DNA of 64,000 nucleotides from Psilocybe cubensis (Eukaryota): NCBI GenBank assembly GCA_017499595.2, contig CM039009.1, positions 558,001 to 622,000 of the forward strand, read 5' to 3'. Shown piece by piece: positions 1 to 12,355 of this stretch (position 1 is its first letter; each line of letters starts with the position of its first letter). The notes under the pieces were generated by a model. It saw only the letters and a program-made list of their open reading frames with translations, ran no database searches and was not told where the DNA came from. The position numbers and the translations under genes were made by a program.

Positions 1-917
1 ATGAACTGCCGAAAAGTGTTGTGATGAAGATTGCAAAGTCTGCGGTATGAGTTTTTGATATTTTTCTTGATATATTATTGACGATTTGGAGCTAGCTCCC
101 GGACAACGTGAAGCTGCAGAAGGAGACAGTCCTTTCTTTGGTTAAAGGTTCATCGGTGTTCATCAACTATCTCGGTACGTCGTAAAGCCAATTTAAGGCC
201 TGTTGCCTATTGATGGTTTGAAAAGCTGCTACGTATGTATAGGAATATTTTATGCCTTCTTGACGCGCTTTTTGACGCGCCTTTATTGTAATTTAGAGCC
301 CACGACGTCGCACAAAACAAGCAACATAAAAGCATATCCGCTTCCGATGTGTTAAAAGCGCTCGAAATGATCGAATTCGGTGACATGGTCAACAAGCTCC
401 AATCTGAACTACTAAGTGCGTTTCGAACTCATTTCTCGACTAATCACCTATGTTTATCTTGTTTTCTCTGTTTCTAGTCTACCGCGAAGTGTCAAAGAAC
501 GACAAAGGCAAGAAGGGAACAACCAATGGCACTTCTTCTGCACGCAAAGCACCCCAATCTAGTACATCTGCACCACCAAAGAGCAAAGGCAAAGAAAAAC
601 CTGGCGCTCTTCCTCCACCATTCACCTCCGCGCCTCTCGCGGCTGCTTCCTCGCACTCACAGGGGGACACCCCCATGGACATTGACGACCAAACTACCAG
701 TATAAGTGCCCATGGGAGATCCGCCGGCGACGACGAAGACGACGAGGTCAATTCAGCAACGTCAGATGGCGAGCTCGGCAACGCTTTAGAAGACGATGCG
801 GGGATTGAAGAAGAGGAGGAAGAAGAGGAGCTAGTGGACAACGTTGCTTTGGAAGAAGAAGAGCTACGAAATGATAGCAAGGGAATGGATCGTGATTCGG
901 ACTCTGATATGGTCTAA
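1..917 (+). CDS. DPB4: Histone-fold DNA polymerase epsilon subunit D / CHRAC17-like protein (5' end outside window) with acidic C-terminal tail
   Basis: Spliced translation ELPKSVVMKIAKSA|LPDNVKLQKETVLSLVKGSSVFINYL|AAT|AHDVAQNKQHKSISASDVLKALEMIEFGDMVNKLQSELL|..YREVSK.. fits the H2B-like (NF-YB/Dpb4) histone fold. GT-AG introns; stop TAA at 915-917. Confidence 0.85.
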
Positions 918-1553
918 CAGTGGTGAACCAAATGGTGATGTATACCGTGTATTTTATGAAAAAGAACGAACTGTGCTCCTTTCTTTGTAGGTTGCTGATG
1001 TTTCTAGACAGAATATGATATGAACATACCCTAATGATGTACCAATATATTTATTTGAGGTGGTCCTCCATCGCTTGAGGTCGGTGGACAAGTTCGGTGC
1101 TTAATGAGTGAATAAATCAAAGTAAGTCCGTCCACCAATAACATACTTTCTTACCTTTATTTTTGATCTAGGACTTGAGATCGATAGCGTTTGTCGGATG
1201 TTGAATAGCGAACCTGCCCTCCTTGCCGCGAACATCTATTTTTACGTCAACCTTTATAAAGTTGTACTGTCAACAGTGATGCCTCGTCCATATTACAGTT
1301 GTGTGCAACTGCCGACCTCATTGCGACAAACGAAACGGTCTTTCATGCGGTTATACTTCTCTTGCATCCTAGTCGTCTCCCATAGGTCTTGCTTTTGATT
1401 GACACTGACGTGCGATACTGTATGGACTGGACTTGGTAATGATTTCGTGCCTCTGCACTGATGGCATGTCAAGGATCATTGTGCCAGCAGGCGGGCATGG
1501 TGCAATTCTGTGTATATCTAATTGACATCGAATTTGTCTGTTCTACTGACTCT

Positions 1554-3539
1554 TCATGAATCAAGGCCGAAAATCTTGGTTTTCTGGGAGTCAATGACTT
1601 CCCATTGAAGCACGAGGTTGTTTCGTCCCAAAGCAGGCACGCTGCATATCCAGCACACTTGTCCATCCTTCCCAAGGGCAGATACATCGTCACCTATACT
1701 CTCTGTTCTATTCCATTGGGCTATGATCTCGTCACCAACCTTCACACCAGGCGATATGCTGACAAGGCTGTTGCTTACATCCGTCTCTGGACCTGGCAGG
1801 TCAAGTGCTGGGTTGATAAGATTTACGACGAGGGCAGCGTCCTCGGAAACCGGAATGCGATCAATAACCTTAAGGCCTTTAATCGCGACAGACTTGCTAT
1901 TGTACACAGATATGCGTTGAGTATACAGATGCTTGACTGTTTTGTTGTAGAATCCAGATTCAGAAGTTATCTTCTCTTGTGGATGATACGTGACTCGAAT
2001 GGATGGATCGACTCTAAATAAAAAGATAATTGTCAATTGAGCCATGCTCCATTAGATGTATGCATACCCTAGTGGACAAGAAAAAGTTTCCAGGGAAGCA
2101 ACTCCAGGAATTCTAGAGTGAGAAATGAAGCTTTGGTCAACGTAAACATTGCTAGGTCCAGGAAGGAATGTGTATTCTGAAGAATTTAATATCTTTGCCT
2201 GGGTCACGTAAGTAATGTTAGTATAGAAAACATATCAAACGATGAATCCCTAACCTGTAGATGGACTTGCGTGCTTCCTTGAGGGATGCATATCCACGAA
2301 ATCTCAGCCTCCAAAAGCAATTCTGCAATTGTCACACCATGCTCTTCTTGGTCGCTTGGGACAGTAGTCAGCCCCGGCACAAGGAAAGTAGCATTGACAT
2401 TTCCTTTGGATGTGACTGTAGAAACATCAAATTCCATCATGTCCTCGTCTTCATCCTCGTCTGAATCAGGCTCGGCTGGTGTGGATACCACCTGACGGCG
2501 AGCGGCTTTACCCCCAGTACATTTACGCGCTGTCTGCCTCGTGCGCTTGGAAGACGGCATCTCATATGTAATTTTCCAAGGTTTGAGCTCGGGAAGCTCA
2601 ACGCCAAACGTAGGCTGAGAGGTTTCCAGCGTAATTGGTACATTCTCCCACTTCTGTTAGAGCGAAACAAATCAGTATCATAAATCAATGTACTACATGT
2701 CCAATGCATACTTCACCAGTTCTTTGATTAATGGCGGCTTTGTAGGTCACCTGTACAGGGGCTCCCTTTGTCTGCATATCCACTCTAATATCATATCCAG
2801 CATGCCAGTATGAGTTCGATACAGCTTAAAAGAGAAAAATTAAATAACGATCGCATGGTAGGCTGTCCTTGTAGATTACATACCATAGACCAAAATAATC
2901 TCCAGCTCGGCATCAATTTCCGTAAATATCGTCAAAGTAACTTTTGTGCGCAATTTTTTGTTTTCGACTTGCATCTCTAACCTTTGAACCTCTTGATCCA
3001 TCTGTATTTCCAAGTCCTTGATATCTTTTCTGAGCTCCATTATCTTCAAGTCCCATTTTTCTTCGGTGTTGTCATAGACATCCATAGCTTCACCAAGCTT
3101 AGATATGTCCATATGTTCCACGGAGATATTGCCCATGTATTTCTCAACGGCTTGCTTAGCCTTTATGCACCGTTGTAGCGCGTTCTCGGCCCTAGCCTTC
3201 CTGTCATCAAGGTCTCTAAACAGCGGCGACGAGATTTCAGGTCGAGCAATGGGTGCTTTGGCCACTGCAACACCCTGAATCACAGCAGGGCCTCGTCCCT
3301 CAACCCTATACGCAATAATAGTAAGCAATAAGCTACACAGAAATGATGGCGATCCACCTAAGAGAATCGTAATCCACGCAATTGGGTAAGTTGGATATTG
3401 TAATTTTGGTTTGTCCAGCAGCAGCATTAACATTAAAAGACCGAGTGACGTGAGCGCGGCTCGTATACAGATTAATGTTGGTAATCTTGCTATCCTTGAT
3501 AGAATCAATGGATAACTCGTGAAGGGTAATTACATGCAT
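1554..3539 (-). CDS. DUF4140/DUF4139 (mucoidy inhibitor A-like) protein, paralog 1; contains a histone H3-tail-like segment
   Basis: Six exons splice in frame: MHVITLHELSIDSIKDSKITNINLYTSRAHVTR.. / VEGRGPAVIQGV + coiled coil / AVSNSYWHAGYDIRVDM..INQRTGE / KWENVPITLETSQPTFG..NATFLVPGLTTVPSD / NSSEYTFLPGPSNVYVD..CPLG / VDPSIRVTY..KVIDRIPVSED..LQWEV. These motifs are typical of DUF4140+DUF4139 proteins (family recognised from memory). Confidence 0.85.
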
Positions 3540-4175
3540 TGTAGTGTGAACCAATTTGTGTACACAGTGATGCTTTTGTAGATGCGCGGGGCCGAAGTAT
3601 GTTGAGTCACTGTGAGAACCCATTGAAGGAGCGGAGGCTATTGGTATTTCTGATAATAATAACCATACCATTGTTTTGGTTTATTCGTGGAGAAAACACG
3701 ACCACCTTTGTTTCAAGTTTGAGGCGTCGTCTCGTTCCCATCCAACATGAGATGGCTGCAATAGGGATGGTGATTCTTTAACATAGGCGTCCCAAATACC
3801 TTTTAATACCTTTATTATCATTCTTCGACAAGGGTTAGAAGGAAGGTGGTCCAATTTACGATGTGAAGTAACAAGAACAATCTCGGACATCGCCGATTCA
3901 TCATGAATATTGAATTCCGAACCAATTGAATCGTTGCTGTCGTACGCCTTAGGAGATCGCTCCTCACGAAAGACTTTTGCACGTTCTTTTATCGCAGATA
4001 CCGAGAATACAAGGTATAATTTTCGTTTTACGCGATCGTACTTTGTCCATTCAAATTCTGTTGATTTTTTCAATGTTGGGTTTTCGGCCTTTGGCGGGGT
4101 ATTTAAGTAACAATTTATCTCTCGAGCTTCATGGGAAACATAGGATTTTCCTTTGACACGATTGGCCCCTCAAAG

Positions 4176-4874
4176 TCAAACTGGACGCATAAGGATGTCA
4201 GAACGGATGCCTCGTAGTTCAGGGGAGGCTTAATACCTTGTTCGAAGTACCAGACCTGGTTCGTCCCCTCCCAACGACCCCAAACGACGACGTGGGTGCC
4301 CGGAGTAGGATTGCCATGATCAGAGAGATCGACGTTCTGGTAAGAATGAGGGACTTTGATTCTATTTATATTCACATAAAAACGAGGGACAGTTTTATCC
4401 ATCGATGAGTTCTAGATTCTGAATTATGAAACGTGCAAAAAAAATGGTTCTCACCTAACACCGTTGGGGTCTTTATCGTCCGTCTTGAGCTCCCATAAGA
4501 AATGATCGTCCGTTCCGACTACGGAAACACCATCTTGTGCGCTAGCTCCTCCAAGACTGAGGTATTTTCCATTTCCAACATTTTTGATGTGCCATCCTCC
4601 ACCTACTTCAATAGTCTCCCACTGACGAAGTTTCCGACCAATAAATACGTGGCAAGAAACCCAAAGATCGAACTCATACCTGCTGGTTTGTTCCATTGTG
4701 GCGCTCCCAACCGATGACTACGCATATCGAAACAATGAATAAATATGATCTACGAATATTCGAGGGAGGACATTGCTTACCCTGGTAATTGTCAGTGCCA
4801 GAGAGGTCGATTACGGTCCCCGATTTCTTGTTGACGATAACGTAGCGAGCTTCAGATTGAATGTTTGAAGACAT
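4176..4874 (-). CDS. Ricin B-type (beta-trefoil, CBM13-like) lectin, about 140 aa, no signal peptide; copy 1
   Basis: Five exons: MSSNIQSEARYVIVNKKSGTVIDLSGTDNYQ / VIGWERHNGTNQQ / WETIEVGGGWHIKNVGNGKYLSLG.. / IKVPHSYQNVDLSDHGNPTPGTHVVVWGRWEGTNQVWYFEQ / V*. Contains QxW motifs (NQQW, NQVW). Confidence 0.88.
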
Positions 4875-5112
4875 CTGTGCTTGAGGAGTGAAGGAAGTTA
4901 GATACGATGGGCATCATACTTATATCCATCACGCAATCCACCAAGCCTACTAAGGCAATGACCCCGATTCTACGATATCCAATTTGTGGGGTTACATTCC
5001 CACATTTTGGAATGCATCTTTGACAGATCCATGCGGTTTTAGGGTGAACCATCGATAGAACTAGGATAACATTAAGACCCTCTTTAATAACAGATTCCAA
5101 ATTTACCAACAT

Positions 5113-6016
5113 CTACGCCTTGACAAAACGGCCAATAATATGGCCAAAGAGGGTCTCTTCGTCTTCTGCCTCTTTCCGTTTCGAATCTACTTCCCTCCAC
5201 ACGCTCTTCCTCTGATCCTGTCGATCCTTGATATCGCGCACCCAGATATCCGTAGGCCTATCAATCCTGCATCCATCAAAAGCACATGCCCACACAGGCG
5301 CCCAGAACCTCTGCCACCACTGGATGTCTGCACGAGTATGCAGCACGTGCTCGTACATCAAGAGCTGTCCTCCCGGCTTCAAGATGTCCTGCGCAAGACG
5401 CGTGACGCTTTTCTGTGGCTCAGGAATCGTGCACAAGGTCAGGATCGCAACAATAGTGTCGATTAACGGGGCAGTGGGAGATTTGGTAGAGGTCGTAGTA
5501 AACGAGGAGAGGGCCGACAATATTTTTGAGCTCTCTTCCGCACCACAGGAGAGAATCACTAATGTCCCGTCCGACTCGTGAAACCCTGCCGCGTTCGCAT
5601 GCCCCCGGATTTTATCGTGCATGAGAACATTAGGTTCTAGGGCGACGTAGCGGGTCACTCGTGCCCTATTGAGATACTTGGCCGTGTGTCCGAAACCTTA
5701 GATGTACAAAGAAGGGTATTATAGTTGAGTCACGTTTTCGGAACCGAAAAACTTGAACAGAGTACTCACCAGCACCGACATCCAGCACCACTCCGTACGC
5801 GTTGGGAGTGATCAAGTTCTCTTTGACATCTTTGCAGTTCCCATCGATCCCATCCCCAAAGTCTACCCACATACGAGCGAAAAAGACCCTCGAAAGTGCC
5901 TGCCATCTGAATAGTAGTGTGGGCTCTTTCACGACGGCCTTGAGAGTAGGAATCAAGGCAATTGAAATTGCCAGTCGGAGGTCACCCAAAAGGGATATGG
6001 CATTTTGGAACTTCAT
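5113..6016 (-). CDS. SAM-dependent methyltransferase (METTL7/TMT1-like)
   Basis: Motif I VVLDVGAG|FGHT split by one intron; downstream ALEPN, LTLCTIPEPQ, LKPGGQLLMYEHV and DGCRIDRPT; hydrophobic N-terminus. Confidence 0.8.
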
Positions 6017-6756
6017 GATCAACCTGGTCAATTTGGTGATGTCGACCAAGTAGAAGCAGTGAGTACTTGAGTGATGGTGGTGGTTGGGGGTAAAGAGTGC
6101 AAATCCACACGCTTGTTGCTGAAAATATCTATGTTTAGTGTAGGAACTAAAAATGCCATTCATGAATCAGAAGTGCCGAAGATCGATAGTGCCTGTGCTT
6201 TGCTTTGTTGGTCAAAGGTGACTTGGGTTGATTGTTCATACTGAAACAAGAATATGTGGTGTAATTGCGTGTTGCAAAGAAGAGAAAATTTTCGAGAAAT
6301 GGGCGTTGAGAATGGCCCAAGATCGTGGGAAACCGGTAAATAACGTGGCACTTTCCCGGAATAGCCAGGCGCTTAGCCGCGAACTCGAGCGTCAACCGAC
6401 GGATGACCACGCAACATTATCAAAAGTTCCAAGAAATAAACAAATATATAGATATGTAAATCATACTAGTAATCATTAACAGAAGGGGTTGAATGTCATT
6501 CCAATTCAGCCTCTTCGTGAGCGGTTGCTGAATGAGAATTAAATATTAAATAGGCAACCAACTTTCTGAGAAGTTTTGCATCCAACAATCACATATAGTC
6601 CATTCTCTGCTTTGGGTATGCCACTCAGAAGTGAGAAATTTACGGGTACTCAGGCCAGTATGTCATAGATTTTCATGAGCGTCATGTTCTATGCTGAAAT
6701 TCCATTTTACGGTCAAAGTATAACTACACAGATATTCGTCTCAAAGGTAGATAGAA

Positions 6757-8475
6757 CTACTGATACCGAGGAGGCTGTGTGGTCGTGTCGTATATGCCGG
6801 CATAATTTGATGTACTTGTGTAATTCGTTACTGACGATGACACGGCGCTGTAGCCAACCGACACGACGGATCTGAATCCATAGTCCCGCTCAGATGGATA
6901 AGGAACTTTCGTGTACGGTCTAGCGGTCAGTGGAGAAGACGACTCGAGGGTGGAAGGGTTATTAGAGGGGATGAAAGAAACCGGCGCGTTTTCTGGTATT
7001 TGAGGTAGAGGAATAGTACCAGATATCTGGGATCTGATATGGGAGTTGATTGTGCGACGATAGTACCAGACAACGAATAGAGAGAATATGGATGATACAA
7101 CACCAAATATTGAGGCTGTTGCCAGACCTGCAATGACACCGGAATTCAATGCTCTAAACCACAAAAACTGCTTTTAGAATACATTCAACAATGAATTTGA
7201 CGGAAGAACTCGTACTGCGTGTGTGAGGAGCATGTTTCCGTAGTCTGTGCTGAAGCAGTCATCTGTACAGTCCCAGGTGGCGAAGCAGTCGTTTGTACAG
7301 TCCCAAGAAAGCTGGATAATAGAAATTATCTCAAAACTTAAAGGTTCCCATCAAAGGCTTTTTTAGATCCTCACGTTCCTCCCAATGATGGCGTCGTATA
7401 GACGTTGGCAAAATCTATCGCAAATTGACCTGACGAAGGAGAATTTAAAGTCAATTCCAAGGAATGCTCTCCTTTCCCCAAGTTTCCTGCAAAGAACAAT
7501 ATCTGATGTGAGCGGTAGAACTGTTTATTGGCATTCAAGACTTGAGGGGTAAGGTCGTCGATTTTGACGGTGTAACTTGTGGAGTTAGGACCGACCGGCC
7601 CATATAATGCAACGGCATCTCCTATCATTCAAAATTATCAATACTGATCGTTTGGGGCAGTGTTTTAGCTACTGGTGCATACCCTTTTAAAAAATAGTCA
7701 ATCAATGTTAAGTAAACTTCCTTCTAAATGTCTAGATAACCAGCCTACCTGAAACGAGAAATGAAGTACTGCTCCAGGAGCGGATGCTCCGCTAAAGAAT
7801 CTTGTTTAAATCAATGAAAAGGTGGTAAACGATAAATCACGTACTGGCCCGAGCCTCCAGAAAATGATCCTACATTATTGGGGATACCCCAAGAAGACGA
7901 GGGTGAATAATCAAACGCTGGATGCGTGTCCTGAAAGGTATTAACAATAAGGGGGTCGTCATCCTCTCCGATTGATGATTGGAATGTCACCTACATCAAT
8001 AGCTCGTTCAAATTATGAAATTGACAGAAAACAATACGCTAACTCACGTAGTCGACGTCAATGAATGTGTTGTCATCATTAAAAAGAACAACATTGTGCG
8101 ATCCCAAAGATGTATCCGAGCTGTACAAGGTTTGATTGAACTCAGAGGTATTCGACTTTCCAGTGAACGTATCAGATAGGACTCCGTCGACAGTTGCGTG
8201 GTAAGGGCCATGATTGCTACGTTTTGCACCTATGATGGCGAAGAAGGTGCCGTAAAATGAGATAGACATTGTAGAGCCTTTGGCAATGCTAACAGTAAAA
8301 CTGGCTTCTGAATATCTGTACAATTTACAGGCTGTTGGTGGTATTTAATACGACGATATTGTTTGTTTTAAACGTACTGATCCTCGGAAGAGTCTGCGGA
8401 TGACCCAGATACCCATCCTGACGAATAGATGATCATCGGAGAAGTGTCCTCAAGCACTGTGGTGAACAAGGGCAT
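6757..8475 (-). CDS. Single-pass membrane protein with two galactose-binding-like (jelly-roll) domains
   Basis: Multi-exon. Two repeated domains begin EDTSPMIIYSSGW and QDTHPAFDYSPSSSWG, with motifs FYGTFFAIIGAKRSNHGPY..FIDVDYV and VALYGPVGPNSTSY..FAIDFANV. Then a Ser/Thr stalk, TM segment GVIAGLATASIFGVVSSIFSLFVVWYYRR, and a tail ending PPRYQ*. Confidence 0.7.
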
Positions 8476-9538
8476 TCCTCCGATACAAGAAACGAGGATG
8501 TTTGGAGGAGAAATTTGATTTCAGGATCAATCCTTGGTGGACGTACTTGTAGAAATTGACAACAAGATCTCATGCCTCACTTGAAAGTTGAGTGAATTTG
8601 ATAGATATCGAGTACAATTACCATCAGATTTACATCACCACGATTGTTAGTTCATTAGAATAATTGTGAGAATCATTTGAAGGTCAGTGAAGGCGAGTTA
8701 GGCTGTGCCTCGTCAACGTTCAACCCTGATGCCCAAGCCTGAGGCTGACGAATAGTTGTAAATCATAATTCATTTTTGGTGTCTTCCTTTGCGTAAACAA
8801 TGAGTCTACAAATTATTTCATTCGCGCTGTAGCATACATATTTAACGAGTTAGCCATCCTTCCACAATGTCCAGGTAGAGGCAAAGCAACTTACTTCGTG
8901 GTCTATTTTTAGACCTGAGGGGTAGGAAGGAGCAGAAAGAATTTATAGACCATTTGTTTGGATGAGTAGGGTAAACCGGCTGTATGAGGGTGCCCTTGTC
9001 AGTAAACTTCTAGTCGCTCAGCGCGATTGAAAATTGACCGCGGACATTCTGAATGACCATTTACATCACAGTGTGCAATGTAACGGCGAGCGAGGCCGTA
9101 CAGTCGAGTTTATATTAGGATTCGTTTGAGCTAAAAACATTGTACAGCTAACCCACCATATGTTGTTCCGAATCATGGAGCTGGGGAGGTCGGGTCTGTT
9201 GAGGTCAGAATCGGGCAGATGTGAGAGTACAACAGTTTTGATACGTTCACACTGGGTCACCGACTACACGAGTTTGATTAAAAATGGAGGACATCCACTC
9301 GAGACATTAAAGGCAAGCTCAACTCCAAATAGGGATCTGATTTAGTATTTGTGATCGAAATCTGACATGAAGGTACCGCCTCTGTCATATTTGTAGTCAG
9401 GCCTTCATCAAGGAATGATTTCTTTCTTCAATTAAACTATGCCATCAAATAACCTTACAAAGGCATATGATAATATTCAACATCAAGTTTGCGCTATAAT
9501 ATGAAGATAAATGTATACGGATAACGACCAACTCAGAA

Positions 9539-11345
9539 TCAGGGGATCATATCTTCCTCCTTCTCTACTTTGATTCCGAAGAACGGCCAAATCAACGCTG
9601 CCTGGAGGTCAGGAACTCCATCATCCTTAGTTCCAATGCTGGGCCCAACTTGGTAGACTGCTCTTGTCTAGAATTTAGAAGGTACATAATGAGAAAACCC
9701 GAACATACCCAGAAAATTGCAGAACGTACCAATCCAAGAGAAACCTTGATCGCTGGTGGACCAGGCGTATAGTCTTCCAATGGCTCTGGCACGTAGTCGG
9801 TGTTGGAACTCGTCTCTGACGCTTTAATGAGGCGGATAATATTCCGAGAAGCCAGTTCTCCCTGCACAAAGTGTTACGTCTGAAGTTCCTGGAGCGAAAT
9901 AATGCACACCTGAGAGTATGCATTGTGTCCTGCTGGAATTGCACCAAAGGCGTCCGCGGCATCACCAATAGCGAAAATATGTGGATACGTGGTAGTATTG
10001 GGCTCATCAGATTCTCCCGTCGCTGGACTTGGTGCCGAAGAATGTATTTGCATAGTTTTGAGAACGCGCACCAATCCTGTGGTATCGCTGACAGTCGAAG
10101 GATCCATTGACTTGAGAATACCCGTATTAGGCGTTTGACCAGTACACAAAAGCTAAATGAAAAAACGTATAAGTCGTAAGGATCTGAAATGAGCATTGAA
10201 GAGCTTGCCAAAAGATCTGCAGCAATTTCTCGGCCAGTCACCGTGCGAACGACCTTTTGTCCAGCTTCGTTCGTCTTTGCTTGACCATTTTCGATAGAAC
10301 CGAGGTCGAGTCGCTCGCCGAGAATGAGTTTAACTCCCATATTCTCGCAGCTCGATTTGACTATTACAAAGCAGTCTTTCAGTAGCTGTGCACCACGGTG
10401 ATATATCTGTATCTCACTTTCGTCGTGCATGCCTTCCCCGAATCTGGGAAGAAGCCGTAATCGTGAATGCAAGAGAGTAACTTCCTTCTCGGGGTATACG
10501 GACTTGATATCTGTTGCAAACTCTGATTTTTTTGCGGTTAACAATTTTCTTCGTTCAGCTATTCAAGCGGCTCACGAATACCAAGTGCTCCACCGCCTAC
10601 AACAAGGACCGTCGGGGCGTCTTTGATAATCGCCTGCTTTTGTTTAAACCAATCACACGCCTGGGTCTTCAATCCGGTATACACCGCATCTCCTGACTCT
10701 GACTTGGATGTGTCCCATAAGTTTAATGGTGGGGGGAGGTGAGATCCAAGCGCGTAAATGGCATAGTCAAATGCAATAGTGTCGGTAGGGAAGCCTAGTT
10801 CTGGGAAGGATCGAGATAGTCTGACATGGTGAGGTCGTAGGGAAAGAATTTGTGCATAGAGATGGATATGAGTTGGTTTTGGAGGGTCGACGAGGAAGAC
10901 CTTGTCGTAAGGAATAACTGAAAATTTTTATTAAGGTAACCTATACCAAAAAAAAACTACGAGCACACTCACAAGCCTTGTATTCGTGTCCAGGAAGGAC
11001 AGCATATCGTGACATAACATATACATCTAACTCTTAATTAGCAATGGTGGGTCCAGAAAAGCTATGAATTTATCCTACGGTTTGCATGTCTGCGAGGATC
11101 ATCAGCAATCAGTTACGAATCCATGACACAGAAAAGCGATATTCACGAGTTTCTATCGATCAATATAACTTTCCATCCTTCAGGTAGACTTCCAGCTAGT
11201 ACCTGAGCTGCACGGGCGCCTGTATCCATCGATATAAATTTAGCTTTCCGTTCTATTGCAGTGCCAAAATGCACTAACCTCCGTATGCGGCACCGAGAAC
11301 AACCACTGTCTTTGTTGTTCTATTAGAAGCTACTCCACCACCCAT
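9539..11345 (-). CDS. FAD/NAD(P)-dependent oxidoreductase, AIF/AMID (AIFM2-like) family
   Basis: N-terminal TVVVLGAAYG; FDYAIYALGS; second Rossmann motif VLVVGGGALGI; EFATDIK..VTLLHSR; CTGQTPNT; HIFAIGDAAD; PPAIKVSLGL. Stop at 9539-9541. Confidence 0.85.
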
Positions 11346-12355
11346 AACTTTTTTCAATAGGCTGCAGGGTTTAAAGTCGAAATAAATAAGTTATACGTCA
11401 AGTTTTGGAAGAGCGCAATTGAATCTTTATCAGATAAGAAACGCTCGCAATCTGCCGTCTGAAAAATTGATAACATCAAATCCCAAATCGCGCTCGGCTA
11501 TGGACTTGGATTTGGCCAAATTGCTCATTAAGACTCATCATAGCTAATCAGAGGTTCCAAGTGCACTGTGGTATAAATTCGTATACCTAGAATCATGGCA
11601 TAACACAAGGTATACGCTGGTATACGCTGGTACTTCTGTTGTTGCCCAGCATTATCCTAACGGAACAATTTGTCCCATCGGATGGCGCTAAGCGATTTCC
11701 CCAAAAAAATTGGGTGTGCATACGACGGCAACGCGATGGAAAAAGTCAAGTAAGCCATTCTTGATTATTTGGCAAGGCGACATATTTTCCCGCTGAAGCG
11801 CTTTGGGATTGGATTTTGTACGAGGATGAGGATGAATAAGAGCTCGAGGGTTGATATCATCTGGCCCCTGTATCTGTTTAGTGGGGTTACGGGCTGGGGG
11901 AGCGGTTGTTTCTGTTTAATTGTTGATTTGCCTAGATTTTCAGATATTTACCTCCCCTACTACGGGCAGAAACGTCCTTGCGCCCCAGGACCCCCCAATT
12001 CTCCACGTCTTCCCCAGACCCCAGACGCAGGAACGTTCCCAGCAGTCCACGTATAACTTGCTAGATCCCCGGAAAAGTTACAGACGCATTCGATTTGCTA
12101 TGCACGCCAAAACATTGAAATTACAGTAAATATGAATTTTGGACACGGTGGCAGCTGGTGTTTACGCAGTTCACGCGTATTGATCGCCTACAAATCCTCC
12201 ACCACCTTTTTTGTGAAGGAGAGCCGATGCAATGCTTTCGCCGGCATAACTGGCACCTACTGGCTCTCAGCGGGCGAAGCTTTATTTGATAATTCAAATT
12301 TGCGCATCAAAGTTGAAGCAAGTCCGTTAAAGGTCCATGGTTTTCAATTGCAATT

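Noticed and set aside
2204..2560. ORF beginning MPSSKRTRQTARKCTGGKA read as a stand-alone histone H3 or CENP-A gene
   Set aside because: No histone fold follows. The segment is internal to exon 4 of the DUF4139 gene and in frame with the upstream exons.
1..3539. Functional link between the histone-fold DPB4 gene and the adjacent H3-mimic gene
   Set aside because: The H4-mimic paralog has no such neighbour, so a single convergent adjacency is not evidence.
3681..4073. 130-aa ORF between lectin 1 and DUF4139 paralog 1
   Set aside because: TTG start, no recognisable motif, and no counterpart in the second cassette; probably spurious.
7252..7306. 30-bp tandem duplication in the membrane-protein gene
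   Set aside because: It encodes an ordinary Ser/Thr stalk repeat (GTVQxTAS twice).
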